From assembly GCA_964035545.1 (NCBI GenBank), contig OZ037767.1, positions 31,698,628-31,762,627 on the forward strand: a DNA stretch of 64,000 nucleotides. The letters are read 5' to 3'. Made by a program: the position numbers and the translations under genes. Origin of the DNA: Bugula neritina. Lineage: Eukaryota; Animalia; Bryozoa. Shown here piece by piece: positions 16,201-31,200 of this stretch. The stretch's first letter is position 1. Each line of letters starts with the position of its first letter. A model generated the notes under the pieces. It was not told the DNA's origin, made no database searches, and was given only the letters and a program-made list of their open reading frames with translations.

Positions 16201-19200
16201 CACAATGTAACACAATATAACACACAAGACGCACCTTGTTGGTGATCATCTTGGCCACCACGTCTCTGGCATGCACGTCAATGGTACAGATTGTCATAAT
16301 CTTCTGTCTGTCTCCAGATGTCAGCTTGTTGATCAGCATGCTGATGAGTTGATTCAGCTGCTGAATCTGCTTCTTGTTGTAGTCCTTGAGGGCGTTCTCA
16401 TAGCCCTCCTCAAGACGGGCAAAGGCTATGTTTACCTCAGTAGTCCACCATACTTGAGTGCCGCACAGTGCAACCTGCCAGATATATTACAGTGTGCCAT
16501 TATACAGTATATCCATTATACAGTATATCACTATACAGTATATCACTCTACAAGATATAATACAGGATATCACTATACAAGACTCACCTGAGCGGGGAAG
16601 TCGAATATCCACTGCTCCCTGGGTTTCTCCTCATACGCTACCACCGCCTCAGTAAACTCCTTCCTCACCGACTCCACCATATCATCCAGCAGTCTGTTCA
16701 GCCACACCTCTACCTGACCGTCACAGTCACACGGGTACGCTAGGGCTACCTTCTCTCCGTCCTTACTGAACATATTGAGAGCGTTCTTACTGCACACCTC
16801 TCCGTTCTCATCCTTCTCAAACTCTAAGGCTGCCATGCAGTCAAACAGCTTAGTTAGGTGTCTAGACACCTGCAAACATAGAATACGTCTGCCTGAGATG
16901 TTCACATCTGGAACATTCTCTGTTAACTAGTGGACTCGTTTAAACAGAACATACACATAGCACTACAGCATCACATATACCACTACATCACAACACATAC
17001 CACTACACCACAACACATACCACTACATCATAACACATACCACTACATCATCACACATACCACTACAGCATAACACATACCACTACATCACAACACATAC
17101 CACTACACCACAACACATACCACTACAGCATAACACATACCACTACAGTATCACACATACCACTACAGGGACACACATACCACTACAGGGACACACATAC
17201 CACTACAGCATCACACATACCACTACAGCATCACACATACCACTACACTATAACACATACCACTACAGCATAACACATACCACTACAGTATCACACATAC
17301 CACTACAGGGACACACATATCACTACAGCGGCACACATACCACTACAGTATCACACGTACCACTACAGGGTTGTTTCCATTTGAAAGGATGTCCAGGAGA
17401 TCTGCTGAGGACACGAAGTAGAACCTCGGGAAGGCGAGGCGTTTGGTCTCCAAGTATTCCGCCAGAGCTTTCTCACAGAGACTCAACTGACCCTGGATGG
17501 CCTCCAGACGGCTGTACAGCTTCGGTCTGTTGGTGGCTTCCACCACATTCTTAGTGACCTCCACCTCGGACACAAGTGTCTGCAGCCAATATGAGAGTGA
17601 GCAGAGAGTTGAGCAGTAGAGTAGAGTGAGCAGAGTGGCACATGTCAGCCAGCCAAATAGTGAACTAACAGTGAACTGAGAGTGAACTAACAGTGAACTA
17701 ACAGTGAACTAACAGTAAACTAACAGTAAACTAACAGTGAACTAACAGTAAACTAACAGTGAACTAACAGTAAACTAACAGTGAACTAACAGTGAACTAA
17801 CAGTAAACTAACAGTAAACTAACAGTGAACTAACAGTAAACTAACAGTGAACTAACAGTAAACTAACAGTGAACTAACGTTACCTTGAAGTCTGAATCAA
17901 TCTGATCAAATCTCTCAGAATCTTCTGGAAGTTGTCTTCTGATGTCTTCTGATCCGATGAAAATACTCTCTAAATGAGACCAGGTCCTCTGCACTTCAAA
18001 CCAGATGGTTATGACCTGCATTAGTACAGAGTGTTGTACTATTACTACAGAGTGTTATACTATTACTACAGAGTGTTATACTACTACTACAGAGTACTAT
18101 GCTATTACTACAGAGTGCTATGCTATTACTACAGAGTGATATACTATTACTACAGAGTGTTGTACTATTACCACAGAGTGCTATGCTATTACCACAGAGT
18201 GATATACTATTACTACAGAGTGTTGTACTATTACTACAGAGTGTTATACTATTACTACAAAGTGATATACTATTACTACAGAGTGTTATACTATTACTAC
18301 AGAGTGATATACTATTACTACAGAGTGTTATACTATTACTACAGAGTGTTATACTATTACTACAGAGTGTTATACTATTACTACAGAGTGTTGTACTATT
18401 ACTACAAAGTGATATACTATTACTACAGAGTGTTATACTATTACTACAGAGTGATATACTATTACTACAGAGTGATATACTATTACTACAGAGTGTTATA
18501 CTATTACTACAGAGTGTTATACTATTACTACAGAGTGATATACTATTACTACAGAGTGTTGTACTATTACTACAAAGTGATATACTATTACTACAGAGTG
18601 TTATACTATTACTACAGAGTGATATACTATTACTACAGAGTGTTATACTATTACTACAGAGTGATATACTATTACTACAGAGTGATATACTATTACTACA
18701 GAGTGTTGTACTATTACCACAGAGTGTTATACTATTACTACAGAGTGATATACTATTACTACAGAGTGATATACTATTACTACAGAGTGATGAGGTTACC
18801 TGGTCGGCGTTGCTCAACTTCTTCTGCCAGCTGGACACCTGTTGCTGGAAGAAGGCGAGATACTTAGAGGTAAGCATGTTCTGTAGCTGAACCTGGTTGT
18901 CCTCCAGAGTCTCAATCAGCTCCTCAGAGACTCCCAGCAGCGTGATCTTGGTGCGAGGATGTGGGTTGTGATCAAACTCCATACCTGCCCACGTGACGTC
19001 CAACTCTCTCAGTACTTTCTCCATGCCCATCTCCTTCACTGCCTTGTCCACAATGCCATGCACCTACATCACACACCTTGTCCACAATGCCGTGCACCTG
19101 CATAACACACCTTGTCCACAATGCCATGTACTTACATAACACACCTTGTCCACAATGCCGTGCACCTACATAACACACCTTACCCACAATGCTGTGTACC

Positions 19201-22200
19201 TACATAACACACCTTACCCACAATGCCATGTACTTACATAACACACCTTACCCACAATGCCGTGCACCTACACAACACCCTCTTGTACTCATGTAGGGTG
19301 AGAGAACTACACTGTATCGGCTGTATATACTAGGATATTACCTCATCCTCGTACTCATGGAGGTTGAGAGAACTACACTGTATCAGCTGTATATACTAGA
19401 ATATTACCTCATCCTCGTACTCATGTAGAGTGAGAGAACTACACTGTATCAGCTGTATATACTAGGATATTACCTCGTCCTCGTACTCATGGAGGTTGAG
19501 AGAGAGAAGGTCACTGAGGGTGGTCGTCTCATCCATAGTAAACTTGACTCCAGTAGCTTGCATCAACTGCTGCCAATGTCTGTCTCGAATAGCTGGGTTC
19601 TGCAACTCAGCCACAGCTCTTAGGGACGTGATCATGTTCTTCACAACGTCCTCTACACCAGTGTATGTATCCCAGGCTCTCATCTCCTTGTCCAGTGCTC
19701 GGATATCCTACAGCACACCAGGTACTTGTAAACTTGACGTACATCACACCCGCAGACTGAGAGCTTAACTAATAACACGTATCCTCTTTAAACAGTTCCA
19801 AACAGAAAAGCATACCTTGGCGAACTTCTTGCAGTCCATATCCATCTGCTCCACGTTGATGGACTCCCACTGAGTGGTCTTCCAGTCATCTATAGAAGTC
19901 CGGACTAGGAAGATGTAATCCCACAGCACCTTCAACATCTTCACCTCCTTGCGGCACGTCTTCAGCTGCTTGAAGTCCGGTATGTTTACCTCAAACAGAG
20001 AGGCGCTGTCGTTGAGTGCCAGCATCTCCCCCTCCATGCTATGGATGACAAGGTGCTGCCGGTCCAGCTGCTCATACGGGTCCTCACAGCTGTAGGAGAA
20101 CGGCCCGATACTCCTGAACAACTCTCTTAACTCGTGCTGCGTCACGTCAAAACTAGCAGTCTTACGGCGTATGTTGGCCACTTCATTAGTCTGGTGGGGC
20201 GCAACCTGCTGCTTCACAGTAATGGCTACTTTCTTGATGTTTGCCCACTTCTCTGGCAGCTCCTGCAGCTGTTGGTGGACGTCTTCAGACATCTCCTGAC
20301 TGTACGTTTTCAGCAGCTCAATAGTCGCTTTCAGAGGTTCAAACATCTCATCTGTGACTGCCTGTCTGTCCCTGACAGCGATGAGATGTCCCATACACTT
20401 GACCAGACCGTTGTAGTCACCTTCCTCTACTTCCTGTTGGAAACCAACTTCCGTCTCCTTGATGAACTCTCGCAGTTCCAGCAGACTGAGTAGCACAATA
20501 TAATTTATTACATAACATTAACTGAATATTACAATATAATTTATTAAAAATTAGTAAATCAATATTAGTGCATTCTGAACATGCATTACCTGTTAGTCAC
20601 ATGATCAACTTAGTGCATTCTGGACATGCACCTGTTAGTCACATGATCAACTTAGTGCAATCTGGACATGCATTACCTGTTAGTCACATGATCAATCAGA
20701 TGCTGTTTGAACATGTAACTCCATCTTTTAATGATATTGAGCAGAGCAAGTTTGAAGGGTTCCACATCGACTTTAAACCATTTGTCAAAAGTCTGGACTC
20801 CTTGTAGCCCCTCAACCTCGGTGAAGATTTGCTCATATGTGTCAACCTGAATGACCATATAACCATGTTGGATATACTACAGCAGCCATGTTGGATATAC
20901 TACAGCAGCCATGTTGGATATACTACAGGAGCCATGTTGAATATACTACAGCAGCCATGTTGGATATACTACAGCAGCCATGTTGGATATACTACAGCAG
21001 CCATGTTGGATATACTACAGCAGCCATGTTGGATATACTACAGCAGCCATGTTGGACAGTGAAGAATATGTATAGGTAATAGCTATAGCCTACAAACCTG
21101 ATCTTTGAACTGATCGAGAGTGGGTGGGCACTCTGGTACACCCTCATCAGTGTGTGATTCAATCTCCTCCGCAGTGAGCACATGGTTATAGAGAAGAAAC
21201 TGGTTCATGAATTCATTTCTATCATCCACCCAGAGGTATGCATATGTATCAAATGTGTTTCTGTATTCGCATGCCTTGTTCATGATACCTGTGTGACACA
21301 TACACAGTAGAAGATGATACCTATGTGACACATACACAGTAGAAGATGATACCTATGTGGCACATACACAGTAGAAGATGATACCTATGTGACACATACA
21401 TAGTAGTACATGATACCTGTGTGGCACATACATAGTAGTACATGATACCTGTGTGACACATACATAGTAGAAGATGATACTTATGTAAGACGTACACAGA
21501 TGTGACACTCACCAGTAACTCTCTCCATCAGTTCCGTCCTCATCTCACTCAACTCTTCCATCTCTTCCAGATCTTCCTGGTAATGAGAGACTCCGGTGTG
21601 AGCGGCGAGCCTTGGGATCAGTGAGGCTTGTTTGTAGACGTCTCCTACCAGACCATCTACTAGGTCATAGTAACCATCAGCTATTCCATAGTCCAGCGAT
21701 GGCTGGAAGATCATGTGTGGTACCTGCGCACAGTTATATAGAATACTACTTTACACCATGTTACACTGTACAATACTATACAGTGCTACAGTAAACAATA
21801 CAATGCGACAGTGTCAATACTATACAGTGCTACAACATACTAGTATAGTGTAGTATAGTATAGTATGCTATAGTGTGAAGTGTGTGCACATATATGTGTA
21901 CGTAGGCATGCGCAAGAGTGTGTGATACAACAATATAGTCAGAATACTGCCTTCCGGTTCACCTGAAGTTCCAGTTTTGACTCAAACAGCACATCCTGGT
22001 TGGGCTGAGTCGGATCTGTGTTCTCCAGCAGATACTGCAGACTGCAGTGAATTATGTTGAAGAAGCCGTCCACAGTGATCTCATCTATATAATCAACATA
22101 GGCTTGCCACTTGTCTGACGTCTCATCAGCTCTGTACAGTTCTAGGTTCTCCTGCAAACACAGCTTTAACTTCAGACAACAGTCGTATCCATGGCAACAG

Positions 22201-25200
22201 CTGACAACAGTAGCAACAGTATCTTAGACCAACCTTAACAAGAGAGTGAACAGTGAGCCCTACATCTCGGATCTCGTTGTATCTTTTGTTGACACGGTCA
22301 GTTCGGTCATCCAGATTCAGCATACGTTCGGATCTGCCCTCTTTTTTCCTCTCAAATAAGGGTAACTTGTTCCACGTCTGCATCAACTTGGTCACACTCT
22401 CCACGTTGTCCTTGGCCTTCTGTACTCTCTTCTCAAGGTCATGCACCATCTCTCTCGTGTCCTCTATGTATCCCCAGGCATCTTCAACAACATGGGAAAA
22501 AGAAAGATTATAGTATATACTGTCATCAGACACACAGTAGAGAGAGATTATAGTATATACTATCATCAGACACACAGTAGAGAGAGATTATAGTATATAC
22601 TGTCATCAGACACACAGTAGAGATTATAGTATATACTATCATCAGACACACAGTAGAGAGAGATTATAGTATATACTATCATCAGACACACAGTAGAGAG
22701 AGATTATAGTATATACTGTCATCAGACACACAGTAGAGAGAGATTATAGTATATACTGTCATCAGACACACAGTAGAGAGAGATTATAGTATATACTATC
22801 ATCAGACACACAGTAGAGAGAGATTATAGTATATACTATCATCAGACACACAGTAGAGAGAGATTATAGTATATACTATCATCAGACACACAGTAGAGAT
22901 TATAGTATATACTATCATCAGACACACAGTAGAGAGAGATTATAGTATATACTGTCATCAGACACACAGTAGAGATTATAGTATATACTATCATCAGACA
23001 CACAGTAGAGAGAGATTATAGTATATACTATCATCAGACACACAGTAGAGAGAGATTATAGTATATACTGTCATCAGACACACAGTAGAGAGAGATTATA
23101 GTATATACTGTCATCAGACACACAGTAGAGAGAGATTATAGTATATACTATCATCAGACACACAGTAGAGAGAGATTATAGTATATACTATCATCAGACA
23201 CACAGTAGAGAGAGATTATAGTATATACTATCATCAGACACACAGTAGAGATTATAGTATATACTATCATCAGACACACAGTAGAGAGAGATTATAGTAT
23301 ATACTATCATCAGACACACAGTAGAGAGAGATTATAGTATATACTGTCATCAGACACACAGTAGAGAGAGATTATAGTATATACTGTCATCAGACACACA
23401 GTAGAGAGAGATTATAGTATATACTGTCATCAGACACACAGTAGAGAGAGATTATAGTATATATTATCATCAGACACACAGTAGAGAGAGATTATAGTAT
23501 ATACTATCATCAGACACACAGTAGAGAGAGATTATAGTATATACTATCATCAGACACACAGTAGAGAGAGATTATAGTATATATTATCATCAGACACACA
23601 GTAGAGAGAGATTATAGTATATACTGTCATCAGACACACAGTAGAGAGAGATTATAGTATATACTGTCATCAGACACACAGTAGAGAGAGATTATAGTAT
23701 ATACTGTCATCAGACACACAGTAGAGAGAGATTATAGTATATACTGTCATCAGACACACAGTAGAGAGAGATTATAGTATATACTGTCATCAGACACACA
23801 GTAGAGAGAGATTATAGTATATATTATCATCAGACACACAGTAGAGAGAGATTATAGTATATACTATCATCAGACACACAGTAGAGAGAGATTATAGTAT
23901 ATACTATCATCAGACACACAGTAGAGAGAGATTATAGTATATATTATCATCAGACACACAGTAGAGAGAGATTATAGTATATATTATCATCAGACACACA
24001 GTAGAGAGAGATTATAGTATATACTATCATCAGACACACAGTAGAGAGAGATTATAGTATATACTATCATCAGACACACAGTAGAGAGAGATTATAAGAT
24101 GTACCGTCGTTGGTCCAGTTGAGAGCATTCTCTGCCTCCTCCAACTGGTGATCAATGTCTACCAGCTGCTGCTCCACCAGGGGGTACTCCACCTCCAGAA
24201 CGGTCTGTCTAACTTTGTTGTACCAGGCTACGGTGAGGTCAAGGTTAGCTCTGAATTTTCTAAATGTCTCATTCTTGGAGAACAGTTTGGCGGCATCTTC
24301 CGGAATATCTTCAAGTTGTCTTTTCTCCAAGTAATGAACTTCACGTAGAACAGCCACAAGCTGGGAGTATGAAGATGTGACAGTATAATATTATATAGTC
24401 TCAACTGTATATAATACTATATAGTCTCAACTGTATATAATATTATATAGTCTCAACCGTGTATAATATTATATAGTATACACTGTATATAATATTATAT
24501 AGTCTCAACTGTATATAATATTATATAGTATCAACTGTATATAATATTATATAGTCTCAACCGTGTATAATATTATATAGTCTCAACTGTATATAATACT
24601 ATATAGTATCAACTGTATATAATATTATATAGTATACACTGTATATAATATTATATAGTATCAACTGTATATAATACTATATAGTCTCAACCGTGTATAA
24701 TATTATATAGTATACACTGTATATAATATTATATAGTCTCAACCGTGTATAATATTATATAGTCTCAACTGTATATGATACTATATAGTCTCAACTGTAT
24801 ATAATACTATATAGTATCAACTGTATATAATATTATATAGTATCAACTGTATATAATACTATATAGTATCAACTGTATATAATATTATATAGTCTCAACC
24901 GTGTATAATATTATATAGTCTCAACTGTATATGATACTATATAGTCTCAACTGTATATGATACTATATAGTCTCAACTGTATATAATATTATATAGTATC
25001 AACTGTATATAATACTATATAGTATCAACTGTATATAATACTATATAGTATCAACTGTATATAATATTATATAGTCTCAACCGTGTATAATATTATATAG
25101 TCTCAACTGTATATAATACTATATAGTATCAACTGTATATAATACTATATAGTATCAACTGTATATAATATTATATAGTATACACTGTATATGGTAGGGT

Positions 25201-28200
25201 AAATAGATGCTGTGCACATATACCTGAGGGTCAAAGTTCACTGCAATGAGGTTAGTCTCCTTGTTTCTAGTGAGAAGGGGTTGATGTAGGTTGAATGAAC
25301 ATGCTTCTGACACCCCTGCTGTCCACTCCTCGTATAGTGACGCCTCGTAACTTCAACATACATTGTGGAATACTTCAACACATATTGCTCAATGAATACA
25401 CTCAATACAATGTTTCTGCAACTCGTGTACTCAGTATGTGTTACAATGTATTACAAGACACTGACAAACAACCATTACCTGTTCAACAGTTTCAGCATCT
25501 CCTCGTACTTCCTGAACATCTCCTCCGCCTCTAGTGACTTCATACAAGAGTGTTCAATGTGCTTGAAGTTTGCTATGGGCTTCTCAACTCTCTCTCTTAT
25601 TTCCTGAGCCCATCTCAGCCCACCATACACCTACAGTTCCAGCATACACAGTACACAGTATATACATAGTTATAGTACACAGTTACAGTACACAGTTACA
25701 GTACACAGTTACAGTACACAGTTATAGTACACAGTTACAGTACACAGTTACAGTACACAAATACAGTACACAGTTACAGTACAATACATGATAATTGCCA
25801 GTGGACCTACCTTGGGGAGGTTTCTATGAACAGGGGCACCAAACTCTGATGACATAGCCTGCATTTGTACATCATATATCACTTTAACAACGTCCAGCTC
25901 TCTGTTTGTGTACTCCACTAGTTTGGGGTAGTACGGATCAAATATCTCCTTAATGATTGGACGATCCAGTAGCCCACCAAATATATCCACCAGCTGCAGA
26001 AAAATTCTCAAGACGTTCAGTATTGTATATATGTGTATATGCAAGTAGGGTACATTGAGTATTATACTGTATATATGTATATATGCATGTACGGTACATT
26101 GAGTATTATATTGTATTTGTGCCGTGATGATTCGGATATAAACATAAACCAGAGCATGGAAGAGACAACACACACGAACAGGAAAGGAATGTCAACATGC
26201 GCTGAGAGTTGCCTACCCTGGGAGTTGCCTACCCTGGGAGTTGCCTACCCCGGGAGTTGCCTACCCTGGGAGTTGCCTACCCTGGGAGTTGCCTACCCTG
26301 GGAGTTGCCTACCCTGGAAGTTGCCTACCCTGAGAGTTGCCTACCCTGGGAGTTGCCTACCCTGGGAGTTGCCTACCCTGAGAGTTGCCTACCTTGGGAG
26401 TTGCCTACCCTGGGAGTTGCCTACCCTGGGAGTTGCCTACCCTGAAAGCACTCTCCAGCTCCGAGCAGTCCTCAAAGCCTTGACATATGATAGAGGCGAG
26501 TCTCTTGTCAAAGTCCTCGATGTGGCTGGTGAATACTTCATAGTCTGTGAGAAACTCTTTCTCGTCTAGTTCTAGGGCATCATATGACTTCTCACCAAAC
26601 ACCTGGTCAGTGTATTACAATATAATAATATGTTATATTATAACATGTTATTATATATTACAACACACTACAATATAATAATACAATACAATATATTACA
26701 ATTCATCACAGTACATAACAATACATATTACAATATATTATAGCAAGATACTACATATTCACGACAGGTATTACGTTATTATTGCGAGCATTACAACAGT
26801 GTAACTTGGGCAGACAACTCTTCGACAGAGAAGTAAACCAGTTACAGATTTGAGACAGAAAAGAAGCCACCACCTTGTAGAGTGACTGGAACTCCATGAA
26901 CATGCTTTCCACAAGAGAAGACAACTGCTTCCCTTTTATCCCTCCAAACTCTATTTTCTCCAACTTCATAAACTCACTAGCTGTGCTGAGTAGACTCTGC
27001 AATAGTATCAGAAGTCATTGAAATAACTAAAGTGTGGAAGTTCATTGAAATGATCAACAATACACAACTTCATACAGCAATGTGTGGACTCCATTAAACA
27101 CACCTTCAACGTTTCTATTCGCTCAACCACTTTGTCATATCGCGCAAACACCAGCGCATCGGCAAACTCCCACTTGTTGGCCTTCACCCCTTCCTTATAG
27201 TATGTTTCCAGCTTAGCCTTGTGCTCTCTGTAAGTTTGGCGGAAAGCATGCAGAGTCTTCAGACAGCCCGACACTTTCAGCAGAACTTCGTCAAGTTCCC
27301 CGGTAAACAGATCGTTGGTTGTGCCGAGGAAGGCGTGTGCCTGAAATATGGATGATAGAGTCATTAGATTATAAACAGCATATATACAATACTTAGTATG
27401 ATAGTATAAACAGTAGATATACAATACTTAGTATGATAGTATAAACAGTAGATATATAATACTTAGTATGGTAGTATAAACAGTAGATATACAATACTTA
27501 GTATGGTAGTATAAACAGTAGATATACAATACTTAGTATGATAGTATAAACAGTAGATATACAATACTTAGTATGGTAGTATAAACAGTAGATATACAAT
27601 ACTTAGTATGATAGTATAAACAGTAGATATACAATACTTAGTATGATAGTATAAACAGTAGATATACAATACTTAGTATGATAGTATAAACAGTAGATAT
27701 ACAATACTTAGTATGATAGTATAAACAGTAGATATACAATACTTAGTATGATAGTATAAACAGTAGATATACAATACTTAGTATGATAGTATAAACAGTA
27801 GATATACAATACTTAGTATGATAGTATAAACAGTAGATATACAATACTTAGTATGATAGTATAAACAGTAGATATACAATACTTAGTATGATAGTATAAA
27901 CAGTAGATATACAATACTTAGTATGATAGTATAAACAGTAGATATACAATACTTAGTATGATAGTATAAACAGTAGATATACAATACTTAGTATGATAGT
28001 ATAAACAGTAGATATACAATACTTAGTATGATAGTATAAACAGTAGATATACAATACTTAGTATGATAGTATAAACAGTAGATATACAATACTTAGTATG
28101 ATAGTATAAACAGTAGATATACAATACTTAGTATAAAAGTAAGATGTGTTACCTGTTGGATGAAGAGGTTACAGACTTCTTGCAAGAGAACAATAATCCT

Positions 28201-31200
28201 AGCAGGAGTGCTGTAGAAGCGACTGTGCACCCAGGTAAGGCAGATACAGTGCATCAATGGAGCAATGACTGGAGCACACTCATCAAATTCCATCTGCAAT
28301 CATCCAGCAGCTTATCTGAACTCAGCCAATAGGGTGTGTTATTACATGGTCACAAGGTGGTTGCTATGGTGAACTAAGTGGTTACTATGGTAAACAAACT
28401 AGTTGCTAGGGTAAACTAACTGGTTGCTATGGTAAACTAACTAGTTGCTAAGGTAAACTAACTGGTTGCTAGGGACGCACCTGCTCCAGATCTTCAAAGT
28501 GCACCATTAGAGGTTTGAGGTACAGATTAATATCCTGGGCCTCTGTCAATGCTGTCACAACATCATGGAACAGAGTTTTGAATGATGAATAGTAAGAGCT
28601 TGCAGTCTTCTCTAGCAGCTCGGCCATCTTGCGAACCTGAGAGAACAGAGCAATGGTATAGCTACAAGGTTTGCGTGATAGGAAAACCGTTGCTTATATA
28701 TTATTACACCAAAATATTATTTCATCATTTATATTTATAGTGCATGTTTGTACTTATATATTCTGTATTTATAAATAAACACTTGTACTTGCATGACAAT
28801 TCTAAAATACTTACTTTAAAATTCAGCTTCAATAATTTTCAATGTAGATCTACTTGTACTAAGAAACACCATTTCACACACTATAATAAATTATATCACA
28901 GAATATCATATCATAAGTGACAAAGAAGATTGATTACCTTTGGATTTCTGAGCTGATCGAATATACATTCTAAGTTGTCACACTTAGCCCTCCAAAACTC
29001 AACTTCTACTCGAGGCGTTGGGTTGAGGCCGTCAAGCAGTGGCTGAGCCGAGTCTTGCTTCAACACATCTCTGATCTGATGAGACCAGTCTATGATGACA
29101 GACTCAACGGCATGTACCAGCTGCCTGTTGTAGCCTCCACTGTAATAAAATCTCTACTGTAACAAACCGTCTATGGTAACAATGACCTGTGTTTGCAATA
29201 TCAATATAATATTGATATTTATATCAAGTATTCACATTGATAAAATATTAAAATTATCACCATCATTGAAACTTATTTATTGTAATTTACATTATCACTT
29301 TATGATTATGATTATCACTTTAAGTTTAAGTTCGTAGTTATCAGATGTCACCATGACCAAAGCTTCAGGGTTTAGATTGACATCAGTAAAACAAAACTGT
29401 AAAACTAAAACTAAAAGTAAATGTAATAGTTTAATACTAATACAAATACTAACAGTAATAGTAATGCAATTATTAATAATTTTATTAAATTTCGTTTTAA
29501 AATCTCAAGTACTAAAATACTAAATGGTAAATAGCAATAGTAATGCTAATTATTATTAAACTAATAGTGATACTACAACTATAAGTAACTGTAATAAGTA
29601 TAAGACTAAGAGTAAGAGTAACTGCAAGTATAAACAAATTTATAAAATTAAATACAAAAATGAAAAATAAAATTAAAAGTATAATCATTTATTTTAAATT
29701 TTATTAAATTTAACATTTACCATAACATCTATTACCGTAAATGTAACTATTACCTCGAGATTCCAGCTACCTATTATGATAATCAATACCATGTTCACTT
29801 TGAGTTTGGCAAGATGATGGAGAAAATTAAAGTTGATGACTAGAAACACAGCTTTTTAAACGAAAATAGCTTGAAGCAGCCCCAAGTTGGTGGTTACTGA
29901 GTGCATCGATTCGGAGTCTTGAACTAGTTCGAATGGCTTAGTCAGTAGTGTCTTTAACTACTGTACGCAGTCGTTTCTGACTTGGTGCTGCTTCTAGCAA
30001 TATTCTTTCTTGCAGCTAGTAGCTACTGTAATCGTATCAATAGCATAGGCGTGCAAACTTTCTTGTATAACGGAAACGCAGTATAATAGAAAAAAATATG
30101 CAGCTGTTATAGCAACTGCAGCCTTAATAAAAATACTGTAATTTATTATAATTATTATATGAAGTAATGTTGTAATTATTATAAATAATCATTATTATAG
30201 CTGTCTATATCAAACTGTAAAACATATTTACAAATATAAAATGATTATAATATATACTTGTACAATAATCATACAATATACATTATACAAAGCACCCTAT
30301 GCCCATACACATTCATACACAACACACTCAAACTCAACATGAACAAATGTGCATCATACAATACACACAAACATATTAATATATTATTATAAACATACAA
30401 AAATTGACTGACATATTATATATTTTGCATCAAGTAAGGTTTGGATGCTATAAAAACAGTCACTGCCATGTATGCATGCATGTATGTGAAATTTCAATTT
30501 AATTAAAGTTATGACTGCCTTTATGCTTAATTTAATATTAGTACTGTGTAAAACAAGGTAATACTTCAGGTATAGAGGCTACTGTACTATTAGTACTGTG
30601 TAAAACAAGGTACAGACCGAAGTCAACAATACTGAGCTATACACGGCATGTAGTCACTGTAGCAACATTGTTGTCAGTTCATTAAAACTGTTACTATTTT
30701 GCTTTCTACAAGCTTTGATGAAATTCAATCATGTGTTGATTTTTGACAATAAATTAAAATATGTTCAATAGATTTCATTGAAATGAGTTGTTTATGTGAA
30801 ATTAATTAGTTGCATAGAGGAAACTAAATCAGCTAGAAGGTTAGGTTTGAAAAACAAGGGCTACCAAGAAATCTTGTGCAAAGCTCAAGTTATTAATGTA
30901 TACAGCACAATACTATATTAACATAGCTTTATATATCAACTTCTTCATACAAGCATACACTTTATAATTATACTGTATAGTCACACTGTATAGTAGTACT
31001 GTATAGTAGTACTGTATGGCAACACTGCATAATAATACTGTATATAGTAATACTGTATAGCTATCAGATACAGCTAACAGATAAGATATAATGTAACTAG
31101 CTAGCAGTACGATGGGGTGAGCGGGTGAGGGGGTGAGCGGGTGAGGGGGTGAGGAGGTGAGCGGGTGAAGGGGTGAGGAGGTGAAGGGGTGAGGGATGAG

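Noticed and set aside
22505-28135. CRISPR-like regular 35-40-bp repeats
   Set aside because: Head-to-tail tandem copies with no unique spacers, no cas genes, and a eukaryotic intronic context.
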